From Octopus vulgaris (taxonomy: Eukaryota), in NCBI GenBank assembly GCA_951406725.2, contig OX597817.1, forward strand, positions 128,464,001 to 128,528,000: a stretch of DNA of 64,000 bases, read 5' to 3'. A model generated the notes under the pieces. It saw only the letters and a program-made list of their open reading frames with translations, ran no database searches and was not told the origin of the DNA. Position 1 is the first letter of the stretch. Each line of letters starts with the position of its first letter. The position numbers and the translations under genes were made by a program. Shown piece after piece: positions 41,340 through 54,055 of the stretch.

Positions 41340-42425
41340 TCATATCAGATAGGGACTGTTGGAAAATAAAACTCTTGACCTATAAAGCGCTTTTGGCCTG
41401 GTTCGATCTCTTGAAATGGCTGCAAAGCAATCCCTTACTTACACAGCCTATACTCCCTGTGGTAGTATCTCTTTGACCAAGAATATTGAATCTGAAGTTA
41501 CGTCATCTACAACAGCAGCAGTGAACACCTCAAAATGTTTCTTTTGTGGTTACTTTCGCCATCCTAGTTCAAAATGTCCTGCACAGAATGCCATCTGCAA
41601 AAGAAGTGCTAAAAAGGGTCATTTCCTAAAGGTTTGCCAATCTAAGCCTAATTCTATGCAGTCTGAATTTGTATCTGCTATGGATCTTCAATTGAATACA
41701 GCTATTATTGCAGTTGCACCTACTAGCCTGTCTAAAGCTATCATCAATATTTCCGTCAATGACGCCTCTATCAAAGCTCTTGTTGACACTGGAAGTTTTG
41801 AGAGCTACATCTGCTCTGATCTTGCCAAATCCCTGGAACTAAACACTTATCCCTCGGAGAAAAAGATTTCCATGGCCTCCACGAAACTTTCAAATGTAAC
41901 AAAAGAACATTGTTTTGTGAAACTCTTCTACCAAAAATCAAGTGCATGATAATGTAAAACTTTCCTTGTTACCCGGACTGTGTTCAGCTGTTATACTGGA
42001 ACATGATTTCTTGAACCAGGAGGAAGGACTTCAGATTTCTTTCAAAGGAGAAAAGCTTACTTGTCTGTGTGTGGAATAGCAGCAGCAAAAGTTGAAGCAC
42101 CATCCTTATTTCGCAACCTGTCCCCGGATTACAAACCAATTGCAACAAAGTCTCGCCGTTTTTCAAAGCCTGATGAACACTTTATTTTATTTCGAAATGC
42201 AAAAACTGTTATGTGATGACATCATTTACCATTCAAACTCACCCTGGAGAGCTCAGCTTTTGGTAACAACAAATGAAAAAAACTAGAAAAGATTCGTGGT
42301 TGATTACAGTCAGACCATTAACCGCTTCATTCAGCGAGAATCGATGAGATGGTTGAGAGCATATCAAGGAATGAAATGTACAGTACATTAGACCTCCGCA
42401 GCACCTATCATCAGATACCAATTAC
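41340..42425 (+). mobile_element. Ty3/Gypsy gag-protease-RT fragment
   Basis: CFFCGYFRHPSSKC knuckle, ALVDTGS aspartic protease, SNSPWRAQ and STLDLRSTYHQIPI RT motifs; stops and frameshifts. Confidence 0.85.
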
Positions 42426-42503
42426 TCAGCATTACCTGACACCTTTGGGTCTTACTGACGCCATTACAACTCATAACCTCTATACACACACACACACACA
42501 CGC

Positions 42504-42538
<35 letters not shown>

Positions 42539-42559
42539 TACACACACACATATATGCCT

Positions 42560-42890
42560 TTCGGTTTTATGTATCTCAGTCATTGGACTGTGACTATGTT
42601 GGGGCACCGCTTTGAATGTTTTAGTCGAATTGATAGACCTTAGTATTTTTTGTCTTTGTACTTATATCGGCCTCTTGTCCGAATCCTTAAGTTACGGGGA
42701 TATAAACAAACCAAAATACACACACACGATGGTCTGCTGCACAGTTTCCGTTTGCCAGATTCACTTACAAGACATTGGTCGAGCTGGGGCCATAGGTAAA
42801 GTACTTGTACAGGTGGCATGCAGTGAGACTGAACTTGAAACCACGTGCACGTGCTCGCAAGGCGAGCTTCTTAACCGCACATCCATATGT
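42560..42890 (-). mobile_element. decayed SINE family B
   Basis: CAGTCATTGGACTGTGAC..GGGGCACCGC..CAGTTTCCGT..GCTTCTTAACC. Confidence 0.7.
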
Positions 42891-43802
42891 ATGCATTAAT
42901 TATCTATACAATTATGCTCATGTCCCTGTTTTGTCTTATCCATGCCCTAATCTTTTGTTTTTACACGTACTTTTTTTTATTCTTTCCATTGTATCGTTAG
43001 GTAGATTTTTCATTAACATGGTCTTTTTCGTTTTGTTAGCTGCGACCGTTAAGCCATTTTCATCATCTTCATCCACTCTTTTCTTTTTCCACTTTCTCTC
43101 CCTCGATTCTTGCTCTCCTTTTCCTTCTGACGCTCTCTCTATTGCCTCCTCTCACTCTACACGTTCTCCACTTTTCTCTTCCCTTTCTCTGCCTGACATT
43201 TCTTGTCTCCCCTGATGCCTTGCTCTTTCCCCTGTAATCCCTCTTCCCCTTGTACTCTGTCTCCTCACAATTCCATCCTCACTTGTAATGCTATATTGCA
43301 GTTTTATAAATTACTATATCTTATAAATAAATCGGCTTAATATTTATCTAACAAGACGGTTGTATTACATTACATTCCAGTTACTTGTAACTTTAGAGTA
43401 GTAATTTGTTTCAGCAGGTGATTTTTCAAATCAGGTGATTTTTTTATTCGTAATACTTGGATGATAATGGTGTTGTACAACATTATTTAAAGATGACTTC
43501 GAGAGATGATGAATGGCGATATACTTGCTTGGCAATGTCAAGGGAAAATGGTTTAAAGATTGAAATGAATTAATTTAAGATATCTACTCACTCATATACA
43601 TGCATTGGCATACACACATTATATGCACAGATATTCACAGAATATACATACAAATCCACATGCGCGAACACGCACACATGCATACATGTATGTGTGCATG
43701 TATGTATATATGTATGTATGCATGTATGTATATATACATACATTTGTATACAAAAATACATAAATACATATATATATATAAATACATGCAAATATATATA
43801 TG

Positions 43803-43851
<49 letters not shown>

Positions 43852-43854
<3 letters not shown>

Positions 43855-44043
43855 TCAAAATAAGCAACAAGAATGACTCCGGTAATTTGGTACGATCGTT
43901 TCGTACCAAATTACCGGAGTCATTCTTGTTGCTTATTTTGATTATAATCAGCCCCACGGATTTTTATGGATAACACCATACAAAATTCTGGTGCATCTAA
44001 ATTAAGTACCATATTCATTTGAATCTAAATTTTTGCTGAACTT
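43852..44043. repeat. (TA)n-flanked insert with a ~90-bp palindrome (43855-43941)
   Basis: CAAAATAAGCAACAAGAATGACTCCGGTAATTTGGTACGA / TCGTACCAAATTACCGGAGTCATTCTTGTTGCTTATTTTG. Confidence 0.9.
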
Positions 44044-45154
44044 ATATATATATATATCTCCATCCATCCATCCATACGCCACACACACACACACACTCAC
44101 ACACACACACATACACACAGACACACACATAATAGCACGTTCGATTACACTCAGACGTGGGAAGACCTTTTGCTGCGACAGTTGTCTCAGAAGAAAAATT
44201 CTCCTCCTAGACGACATGATGCAGTTAAATACATTAGATTGAGCATGACATTATTGAATCGTAGGACGCATGTGTTTCTGCGTTGCTATGCGTCATTAGC
44301 TACGAATACCAAATCTGCCTTTCACAACTCGCGGCTTTATCTGTCTTCATTTTATTGATTTTAGACTGACCAAGCTTTACGCACATCAGTAAATGTAATG
44401 CTTGCTGTTCAAATATAAGAACGAATCATTTCTTTTTCTTTTTTGCTCGGGAATTAGGTGAAATGTAGATTCAGCACTCTTGTCTGATGATACGTAACAA
44501 CACGGAAACATACGCGTCATACAATCCGGTGACGTCATTCTCATCCATACGTGTTTTCATATACGCCATCTAGAAAGAGAATTTTTCCTCAGACTATTTC
44601 CGCAGCGATAGGTCCGAGTATATTCGAACGTGTTAAATACGACTTCTCACGATATACAACAAAGCAGACAGTTGAAAACAAATCTCGTTTTAAAAATAAA
44701 GAAATGCAAGAGAAAAATCCATTCTTTATTACATGGTTTTTTTTCTTTTTTTTTTTTTGTTGCGAAGGTATATTATGGACTAAAAATTATAGACGCTTTG
44801 GATGTTGCCTCAATGCATTAATCACTTTTTGAAAAAGTTCATGTGAATTTACTAAGCATTTTTGAATAAGTTCATGTTTATTCTTCATAGTTCTGATTAC
44901 GATGAAAATAGTAATTAGTATACAATGACGATGCTGTGGCAAAAATTTCTATATATGAAATCACAGTAGCGAAGGACTAAATTACTACCATTTCTAGTGT
45001 ATGATAGAGAGTATGGGGAACTGATTACGTTCGTCATCAAAACGTATGTATGTATGTATGTATGTATGTATGTATGTATGTATGTATGTATGTATGCATG
45101 TATGTATCTAACTATCTATTTACCTATCTGTCTGTCTATTTATCTGTCTGTCGG

Positions 45155-45238
<84 letters not shown>

Positions 45239-45241
<3 letters not shown>

Positions 45242-45458
45242 GGCAGAAACGTTAGCACGCCGGGCGAAATGCGTAGCCGTATTTCGTCTGCCCTTACGTT
45301 CTGGGTTCAAATTCCGCCGAGGTCGACTTTGCCTTTCATCCTTTCGGGGTCGATAAATTAAGTACCAGTTACGCACTGGGGTCGATGTAATCGACTTAAT
45401 CCGTTTGTCTGTCCTTGTTTGTCTCCTCTGTGTTTAGCCCCTTGTGGGTAGTAAAGAA

Positions 45459-45460
<2 letters not shown>
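45239..45460 (+). mobile_element. SINE family A inside (ATCT)n
   Basis: Near-consensus copy flanked by (TATC)n on both sides. Confidence 0.9.
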
Positions 45461-45528
<68 letters not shown>

Positions 45529-45994
45529 TTAACTATCTATCTATCTAGCTAGCTAGCTAGCTATACAATATATAAACCTACCAATCAATCTATATCGATA
45601 GACTATTATCTTATGCACTTCATTAGCTTATAGATGTTTCTGCTATTGGATGTAGCGGACACAGAGTTGGTAAGTGAGTAACAACTTATAGCTTTTCATC
45701 GGAGCTTCAAACACGGAGAGCTGTAAGTTGATAGAGTTTATAAGATAACTGTTTATTTCTCTGTCATCTCATTTTCTTATGACTGCTCAATATACGACTA
45801 ACGCTTCGTTCTGAAGTAGGGTATATTGAGTTCTACTCCAGGTTATTAGTATCGCAAAGCCTAAGATAAATATTAAAACGCAAATATGTACATATATATG
45901 TGTGTGTGTGTGTGTGTTTGTGTGTGTGCGTGCGTGCGTGTGTGTGTGCACGTGTATACATATATATGTGTGTGTGTATATATTTATATATACA

Positions 45995-47816
45995 CTAGCA
46001 GTATCGCCCGGCGTTGCTCGGGTTTTTTTCAACCCGCTGGAATTGTAATTTTGAAAAGTAAAAATTTTGTGAACATTTTTCTGGTCGAAATACACCGAAA
46101 AGTGGCGACACAGCAGTGAAAAAATCGTAAAAAATAGGGATTTTCATAGAAAAAAGCATCTTTTTGATGTAAATAATTTTTGGTGTTAACATGGTCCGAT
46201 TTGAATTTTATGTTCTACGGAAGGAAGAGCAACCCTTCTACCATACTCTCAATTTTGGTCAACTTGCGCCGCAGGGTCTCGGAGGAGATAGTGTTAGTTG
46301 AAGGTTACCATTCTAGGTGCCTGAGTAACAACCTCGCGGATTTACAGATAAATGAATTAATTACTATTTTACAGAATAAAATTAAATAATTCTTGAAAAT
46401 TAATTAATATTAATATTTTTTGAACAAAGTAAATAATTTTTAAAACTTAAATAATAATTTTTTTTACACAAACGCGAACGGGGAAAACGGGGTGGCGAAT
46501 TCGATTTACATACCTAAATTTTTTCTTTTTCATGACATTGTAGCAAAATAGTAGTGAATTATATAAATACCAGCAGTACATTTTTTTTTCTGGGGTATTT
46601 TTTTTCAACCTCGTCACATATTTGCCCCTTTCAATTTAAACAAAGTCTTAATTAAACAATTACGGCAGCTTAGCAATGGTTTCAATACAGGCGTGACATC
46701 TGTATCTCAATTGTTCAAAACCCTTCGAATTTTTTCGCACGTGATGATATCATAGTGAAAACTTTCAATTACGCGCGCTTAGAAGTACGCTCGCAAATTA
46801 ATACTACCAAAATTTAGAAGTTCGCGCTCCGCTTGTGTGTGTGTGTGTGCGTGCTTTAGGTGTACGTAGGTATGTGTTTTTGTGTGTGTGTGTCACTGAA
46901 GCCATACATACATATATACATACATAACCTCTCTCTCTCTTTTCTCTCTCAGTCACTCACTACAAAAAGTGAATAAAAAAAGTTCAGTTATTTCTGTCTT
47001 TCACTCTGTCTGTCTCTTTACACACACTAACAAAAGCACTTCACTTACACACCACACTTTCTGTGTTGCACAACCCATCAAACACACACACACACACACA
47101 CTCACGCACGCACACATGTACATCAATGCTTTCGGAGTGAAATGTTAAAATATTGAGTTTTCTCGAATTTTGTCTTAATTGGGGGTGAAATTGAAAGAAA
47201 TATATTATGGCATGACCGAATGGAGTACTTTGAAAAATCTTAGGTAAACTCTAATTGAAGAAATTGTGTGAGGAGTAAATCGTTATGTATTTATTTGTTT
47301 CTGTTTGCTGTGTTTTTTTATTTTTTGAGTAGTGGTTTAAATACTTTCAGTTTAGTCTTCCTCAAATCACTCTGTCGCTATTTACTCTCTTCCAAGAACA
47401 TTTTCACTCACTCTTATCTCTTAGCTTGCCATACATACATTTTACTCATGTATCTATCAGCGTGATAGACAGAAACAAATATTACATTCGCCATCGCCAT
47501 CGCCATTGCATTCTATTGTCTACCTGTCAACACACACACAGTGAATTAGTTTCATTTTATTCGTTGCACACTGTGTGTGTGCGTGTGCGTGTGGTGTAAA
47601 CCACATTAAGAAAAGCATTTGACATACACACCAGAATGTGAGTTTTCTGTAAATTTTGCTTAATTGGAGTTTAAATTTTAAAAACTGGACCTGGCATGAC
47701 CCGATGCATTCTACTCTTAAAAATGCTAGGTAAATTGTAATTGAAGAAATCCTATATTGTAGATTTCTATAACTGACAAAGGGAGGCAGATAAAATCTGC
47801 CTTTTATAATAATATA
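45995..47816 (-). mobile_element. non-autonomous Helitron (~1.8 kb)
   Basis: 3' end CCCGAGCAACGCCGGGCGATACTGCTAG|T identical to the end of 32095-32398; 5' end TATTATTATAAAAGGCAG; internal diverged ~110-bp direct repeat at 47155-47265 and 47640-47750. Confidence 0.75.
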
Positions 47817-47868
47817 TATATATTTACATACACACACACACACACACGCACACACATACACACACACA

Positions 47869-47933
<65 letters not shown>

Positions 47934-47934
47934 A

Positions 47935-48135
47935 GGCGGTGAGCTAGCAGAAACGTTAGCACGCCAGGCGAAATGCATAGCCGTATTTCGTCTGCCGTTA
48001 CGTTCTGGGTTCAAATTCCGCCGAGGTCGACTTTGCCTTTCATCCTGTCGGGGTCGATAAATTAAGTACCAGTTACGCACTGGGGTCGATATAATCGACT
48101 TAATCCGTTTGTCTGTCCTTGTTTGTCCCCTCTGT
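47935..48135 (+). mobile_element. SINE family A
   Basis: Near-consensus, 3' truncated. Confidence 0.9.
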
Positions 48136-48214
48136 TATATATATATATATATATATATGCGCTCCACCTCTCCCCACTAGCAACCTTTCTTTAAAAAATA
48201 TTTTGTCCTTATAT

Positions 48215-49310
48215 AGAAACACACACACACACACACACATACTCACGTATCCACGAACACACCTACTTCCAACACACCACACACATACAACCTACATGCA
48301 CTTGTAAGCACACATGCTTCCACACCTATACACACACCCACACACCCATACACCCCAACGCGCACACACACATGCCCGTGCACACACACCAACAAACAAT
48401 ACTCATACAGATACGCATACTCTTATAAACACCTAGCAGAGACACACACACACATACACGCACGTAAGCGCACACACGCACACAAGCACGCGCATGTACA
48501 TTACGCCCACACAACTCCAGAAACCCCCCCACACACACACGCATACATTCACACACACACACATACATACATACATACATACATAAACACACACACATAC
48601 ACACAGATACACACAATATATACCTACACGCTCACGCACACATACACATACGTACACACATATAAGCACAGACACACACACACACATACGCACACATACG
48701 CACGCACACACGCACAAACCCAAAAGTCACAACCCCACGGATACACGCATATACATCCATATACGCTTACACACATACACATACAAACGCACACATACAC
48801 GCACACACAACAACACGCACATACATACAAACACACACACACAAATGAACCCACACATACATCCCATACACACGGCACACAATTATACATACATATATAT
48901 ACACACACACGCACGTACAAGCACACACGCACACATACACTAAGTTAAGTACAGTTACTCGCCACACACCCAAACTCTACGCATACACACACGAACACAC
49001 ATATACACACACACACACTACAAACAAAACACACACGATACATATACATACACGCACACACATACCTCTTTGTTTTTGACCTGTGGCTGGACACAAAAAC
49101 ACCACTTCTTATTCTTACATACTGGCCAGCTACTAGCCAGTTGTTCGCCATACACACATACACACACACACGCACACACACTCACACACGTGTCATCATT
49201 GCACACATACACACACACGCACACACACTCACACACGTGTCATCATTGCACACATACACACACACTCGCACACGCAGACCTCCGCGCACGCACACATCCA
49301 CACACATTCC
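48215..49310. repeat. long degenerate (CA)-rich tract
   Basis: About 1.1 kb of imperfect CA/CATA/CACG. Confidence 0.9.
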
Positions 49311-49496
49311 CCCTCTCACTTCCTTGTCTTTACCATACTGTCTTTGAAAACTCTCCTGTCTTTAAAAAACATTATTCTTCCATTCTTCCATTATTCTTCC
49401 ATTTCTACTTCCTGTCTTTCAATATGTGACCTCGTGAGTACCGCAGGCGATTTTTTTCCCTCTGTCTTCCCTTCTCGGGATCTTTCCTTCTCCTAT

Positions 49497-49531
49497 GTTT
49501 CCGACGAAGAGCTTCGCTCGAAACGTTAAAC
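49497..49531 (+). ncRNA. minimal type I hammerhead ribozyme (CCGA variant) in a Penelope-like 3' end
   Basis: GTTT-CCGACGA-A-GAGC-ttc-GCTC-GAAACGTT-AAAC; no stem III, palindromic AACGTT. Confidence 0.7.
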
Positions 49532-49621
49532 CCCCCTTCTCTTCTTTCCTGAGCGTCGAATAATACTTTATTTGTTCCACGTCCTCACGTGTATATATAT
49601 GTATATATATATGTGTGTATA

Positions 49622-49680
49622 GGCGCAGTATTGGCCGTGTGGTAAGAAGCTTGCTTCTTAACTACATGGTTACATACGTC

Positions 49681-49726
<46 letters not shown>

Positions 49727-49968
49727 GTTTATATATAGGTGTGTCTGTTTATTATTTGTGTCTGTGTTTCCCCAACCAACACCATCGCTTGACAACTGAT
49801 GTTGGTGTGTTTACGTCCCCGTAAATTAGCAGTTCGTTCGGCAAAAGAAATAGGTAGAATAATTACTACGGTTGCAAAGAATAAGTCCTGGGGTCGATTA
49901 GTTCGACTAAAGGTGGTGCTCCAGCATGGCCGCAGTCAACGTACTGAAACAAGTAAAAGAATAAAAGA
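49622..49968 (+). mobile_element. SINE family B, internally deleted
   Basis: Head and tail match the family. Confidence 0.85.
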
Positions 49969-50205
49969 ATATATATATATATATTTATATTTGGTGAAAT
50001 AGAAAGATGAATAATCTTGTTGCAGATTAATCAAAAGTTTAACCGATACCTTGGTAGCAAAAATCACAGCAGAAAAAAGCACGGTTGGAGGTACAACCAT
50101 ATGGTGTTGCAACCGTGCGTTGGTGCGGATAATTGAATTTTAATATTATTATTGAATTGAAGAAATGGAGTTCAACGAAGATTGAACAGAAATCCTTTTA
50201 TTGCA

Positions 50206-50284
50206 TTCTACACGTGTTTCGAAAGCCACAATTTACCAAATTCCGATTGAATAAGGAGACCATATTGTGTCTTTCTTTCAGGAA
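50206..50284 (-). ncRNA. type I hammerhead ribozyme copy lacking G8
   Basis: Mirror of 50436-50515, but the core reads CTGAA-A. Confidence 0.6.
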
Positions 50285-50435
50285 GAAATAGGAATTCCGT
50301 TGGCAGAACAAAACAGAACAGAGCGCAGCAAAACAAATTGAACGAGGAGGCCATGGGCTCTTAGGAGCCTCCTCGTTCGATTTGTTTTGCTGCGCCTCTG
50401 TTCTGTTTTTGTTCTGCCAACGGAATTCCTATTTC

Positions 50436-50515
50436 TTCCTGAAGAGAAAGACACAATATGGTCTCCTTATTCAATCGGAATTTGGTAAATTGTGGCTTTC
50501 GAAACACGTGTAGAA
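50436..50515 (+). ncRNA. type I hammerhead ribozyme
   Basis: TTC-CTGAAGA-GAAAGaCACAAT...ATTGTGgCTTTC-GAAA-CACGTG-TA-GAA; predicted cleavage after 50512. Confidence 0.85.
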
Positions 50516-50572
50516 TGCAATAAAAGGATTTCTGTTCAATCTTCGTTCAACTCCATTTCTTCAATTCAATAA

Positions 50573-50627
<55 letters not shown>

Positions 50628-51057
50628 AGCATACACTTACATATGCTCAGAGGTACGCACACACTTACACACACCACTAGTACACACACACACACACACG
50701 CGTACGTACGTATATATGTATGTATGTACGTATGTATGCATGTATGTATATTTACATGTATGTATGTATGTAAACGTACGTACATACATGTCTGCAGAGA
50801 TACACTCACCTAATGTTTATATTATTTCATTATTCTATTGAAAGTTAGTTGGAATAGTTTGCAGATGTTTTAAAAATATTGTATAATCACAGTCGATGTG
50901 TTTTTGTGGTCGTTTCTCATGCCATGAAAAGGTGAGGTGTCATAAGAAAACTCCAACTTTGCTGTTACGTTTGACATTTTTATTTTTGAGACATAAAATC
51001 CATAGACGAACATAACAATACAAAAACAACAACAACAACAATACTACTACATCACAA

Positions 51058-51077
51058 ATAATAATAATAATAATAAC

Positions 51078-51166
<89 letters not shown>

Positions 51167-51205
51167 TAATAATGATAATAATAATGATAATAATAATAAT
51201 AATAA
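51058..51205. repeat. (AAT)n microsatellite
   Basis: Seen directly. Confidence 0.95.
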
Positions 51206-51312
51206 CGTCAGTTAAAAAGTGATAAAATACAATAAAACAATAATAATAGAGATGGAATCTATGTCTATATATATATATATACATATACCTATGTTTAGAA
51301 GTATATACAGAA

Positions 51313-51350
<38 letters not shown>

Positions 51351-51369
51351 ATATATATATATGCATGTA

Positions 51370-51436
<67 letters not shown>

Positions 51437-51461
51437 ATCTATCTGTCTGTCTATCTAACTA

Positions 51462-51547
<86 letters not shown>

Positions 51548-51556
51548 CATACATGC

Positions 51557-51603
<47 letters not shown>

Positions 51604-51662
51604 CATACATCTGTATATATATATATGTATATATTCATATATATATATACATACATGCATAC

Positions 51663-51706
<44 letters not shown>

Positions 51707-51990
51707 TGCATATATATATGCACACACATACATTTAAACAAACTCACTCACACAAACATATACACATACACTTGCACACACGCATAATTTAATACATGCT
51801 AATGTATGTGTATTTTTATGTGTGGGTATGCTTGCGATTGAGTTGTTTGTTTTGTTTTTGTTGTGCTTTATGTTGACTTGCTCAATTGTTCCTGCAAATA
51901 CGTAGTCTTTAATATCTCAACTGAATTATTCTATTGACATGTGAAACGAGGATGCATTGTCGTTAAGTAACTTAACATAGTCGAATGCAG

Positions 51991-52032
<42 letters not shown>

Positions 52033-52294
52033 GTAGGGAGAGAAAGAAAGGGCGATACATATGTAGACAGATAGCTAGGTATATCCATAAATATGTGTGT
52101 ATGCGTATACATATGTATATATAAATAATGTTAGTTTATATAATGCATGTGTATTTTATTTGAACAAAGCAAAACAAAACAAACAATTTTAGAAAATTCA
52201 CAGGAATCTCTTCACACCTCAGCATTGAATTCCCTGAATAATAATTTGCACTAGATCTATTAATATTTCCTAATAAACCTGTCAAAGTTTAACA

Positions 52295-52369
<75 letters not shown>

Positions 52370-52509
52370 TATATACATATATTAGAGAAGGCATAAATAA
52401 TAGATATTACATATTTTCTTTTATTGTAATAAATTTGACTTTAGAGAACATAACGTTTGACCATTATTTATTTCTTGTCTTGTACATCATTCTGTGTAAA
52501 AAACCATGG

Positions 52510-52568
52510 ATTTACAATACAGATTAGTGATGAACCATAACATAGGACCTTGCCTCACTAATTACACT

Positions 52569-52619
<51 letters not shown>

Positions 52620-52777
52620 CAGAGTAATTTGTGAGGGATTATCAATCCGGGTAAAATATTTTATGAGCACTCTGTTAGTACACCTGCCTAACATTATTGT
52701 TTAGATTAGTAAAGAATTCCGTTCATCGTTGAGGCAAGGTCTTATGTTATGGTTCATCACCAATCTGTATTGTAAAT
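52510..52777. repeat. 48-bp inverted repeat (52510-52557 / 52730-52777) among (TA)n tracts
   Basis: ATTTACAATACAGATTAGTGATGAACCATAACATAGGACCTTGCCTCA versus its reverse complement, 2 mismatches. Confidence 0.85.
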
Positions 52778-52785
52778 ATATATAT

Positions 52786-53525
52786 ATCAATAATGTATTC
52801 ACCCTTGTTGTTTACAACTTCTTCCCAACGTTCAACAAGATTTTCAATACATCGTTGGTAGAAATCACCCGATTTGAAAGAGATCGAAAGAGGTGGAAAT
52901 CCGTTGATACCAAATCAGGAGAGTACAGCAGGTGTGGCAGCATTTCCCAGCCATGCGTTTGAATGGCTTCCTTGGTCATATTGGCGATATGAGGGCGGGC
53001 CTTGTCGTGCAGCAGAAGAACTCCATGCTAACGATTAGGTCTTTCTTCTTGAATAGCCGTATTGAGTCGTTCCAGAGTTCCGCGTTGACCGTTTGGTTCC
53101 ATTCAAGCAATTCGTAATGGATAATCCCTTCCCAGTTCCACCATACGCACGACATCGTTTTACGCGAATGAAGATCTTGTTTCACACACAGTGTCGCTTG
53201 TTTACCGGGACTAAGCCATTCCTTACGCTGCTTCATATTGATGTACAGGAACCAGTTTTCGTCGCCAGTAACGATTCGGTAAAGAAATCTTTGCTTGTGT
53301 CCATAAGTTGAGAGGTGACGAGGAAGCAAACCAGTGGAGATTGTGATTCGTTGATTTTTGTTGCTGTCACTTTAAGCATGCGGAACCCATGCTCCATACT
53401 TCTGAACATTTTTCCCATCGAGTGAAGATGCTTCTCTATAACAGTGTGGGAGCACCCATTTTCTCTGCCAGTTCCCTTGTGTCGTTTGACGAGAATTTAC
53501 TCGAATTTGGCCGGTGTCAAAAACT
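52786..53525 (-). mobile_element. mariner (DD34D) transposase pseudogene fragment
   Basis: FLYRIVTGDENW...KTMSCVWWNWEGIIHYELL and YSPDLVSTDFHLFRSL. Confidence 0.9.
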
Positions 53526-53549
53526 CTGATCGACTTTCTGATTCTGCTG

Positions 53550-53826
53550 TTAAAGTAGCCAAGCGCTGAAAAAATTCAAAAACCGTTTCAGAGTCGCTGG
53601 AGGAGGCCGTAAAACAAAAGCACCAGGCTTTTTTACTATTAGAAGCTGAGAAATTTTATGAGGAGTGGATTTGCAAATACCCAGACATGCCAACTGAAGA
53701 AAAGCTTTGTTTTTCAAAAAGCTGGGTGAAAGGTTGGTAAAAAGTGTATGGAGTATCACTGAAAATTCCAAACAAATGCATTTCAATCTCCAAAGAGCAA
53801 TGTGTTGAGCGCATTCAAGATTATTT
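53550..53826 (+). mobile_element. pogo/CENP-B-like transposase fragment
   Basis: RFRVAGGGRKTKAP and FSKSWVKGW*KVYGVSLKIPNK resemble the CENP-B HTH region. Confidence 0.5.
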
Positions 53827-53929
53827 GGCTGTGTGGTAAGTAGCTTGCTAACCAACCACATGGTTCCGGGTTCAGTCCTACTGCGTGGCATCTTGGGCAA
53901 GTGTCTTCTGCTATAACCCCGGGCCGACC
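53827..53929 (+). mobile_element. SINE family B 5' fragment
   Basis: GGCTGTGTGGTAAGTAGCTTG...GGGCCGACC. Confidence 0.85.
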
Positions 53930-54055
53930 ATCGACAATTTGATTGTAGACACCGGCCTGGAATATATCCAGAACCTTGAGGTAGCGATGATGGACCGAGA
54001 AGCATGGTGGGTAGACTTTGTTGCTGCGGCCCGGGTATATAGTAATAAGTTAGTG
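53930..54055 (+). mobile_element. RTE/RTE-X LINE 3' end
   Basis: IDNLIVDTGLEYIQNLEVAMMDREAW matches an RTE C-terminal motif (AMxDRxxW). Confidence 0.6.

Larger units (their letters stand above)
49991..50580. mobile_element. (TA)n-flanked HHR-bearing element as a tail-out inverted repeat (~210-bp arms, 50141-50351 / 50367-50580)
   Basis: Near-perfect reverse-complement arms, each with an HHR motif facing outward. Confidence 0.85.
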
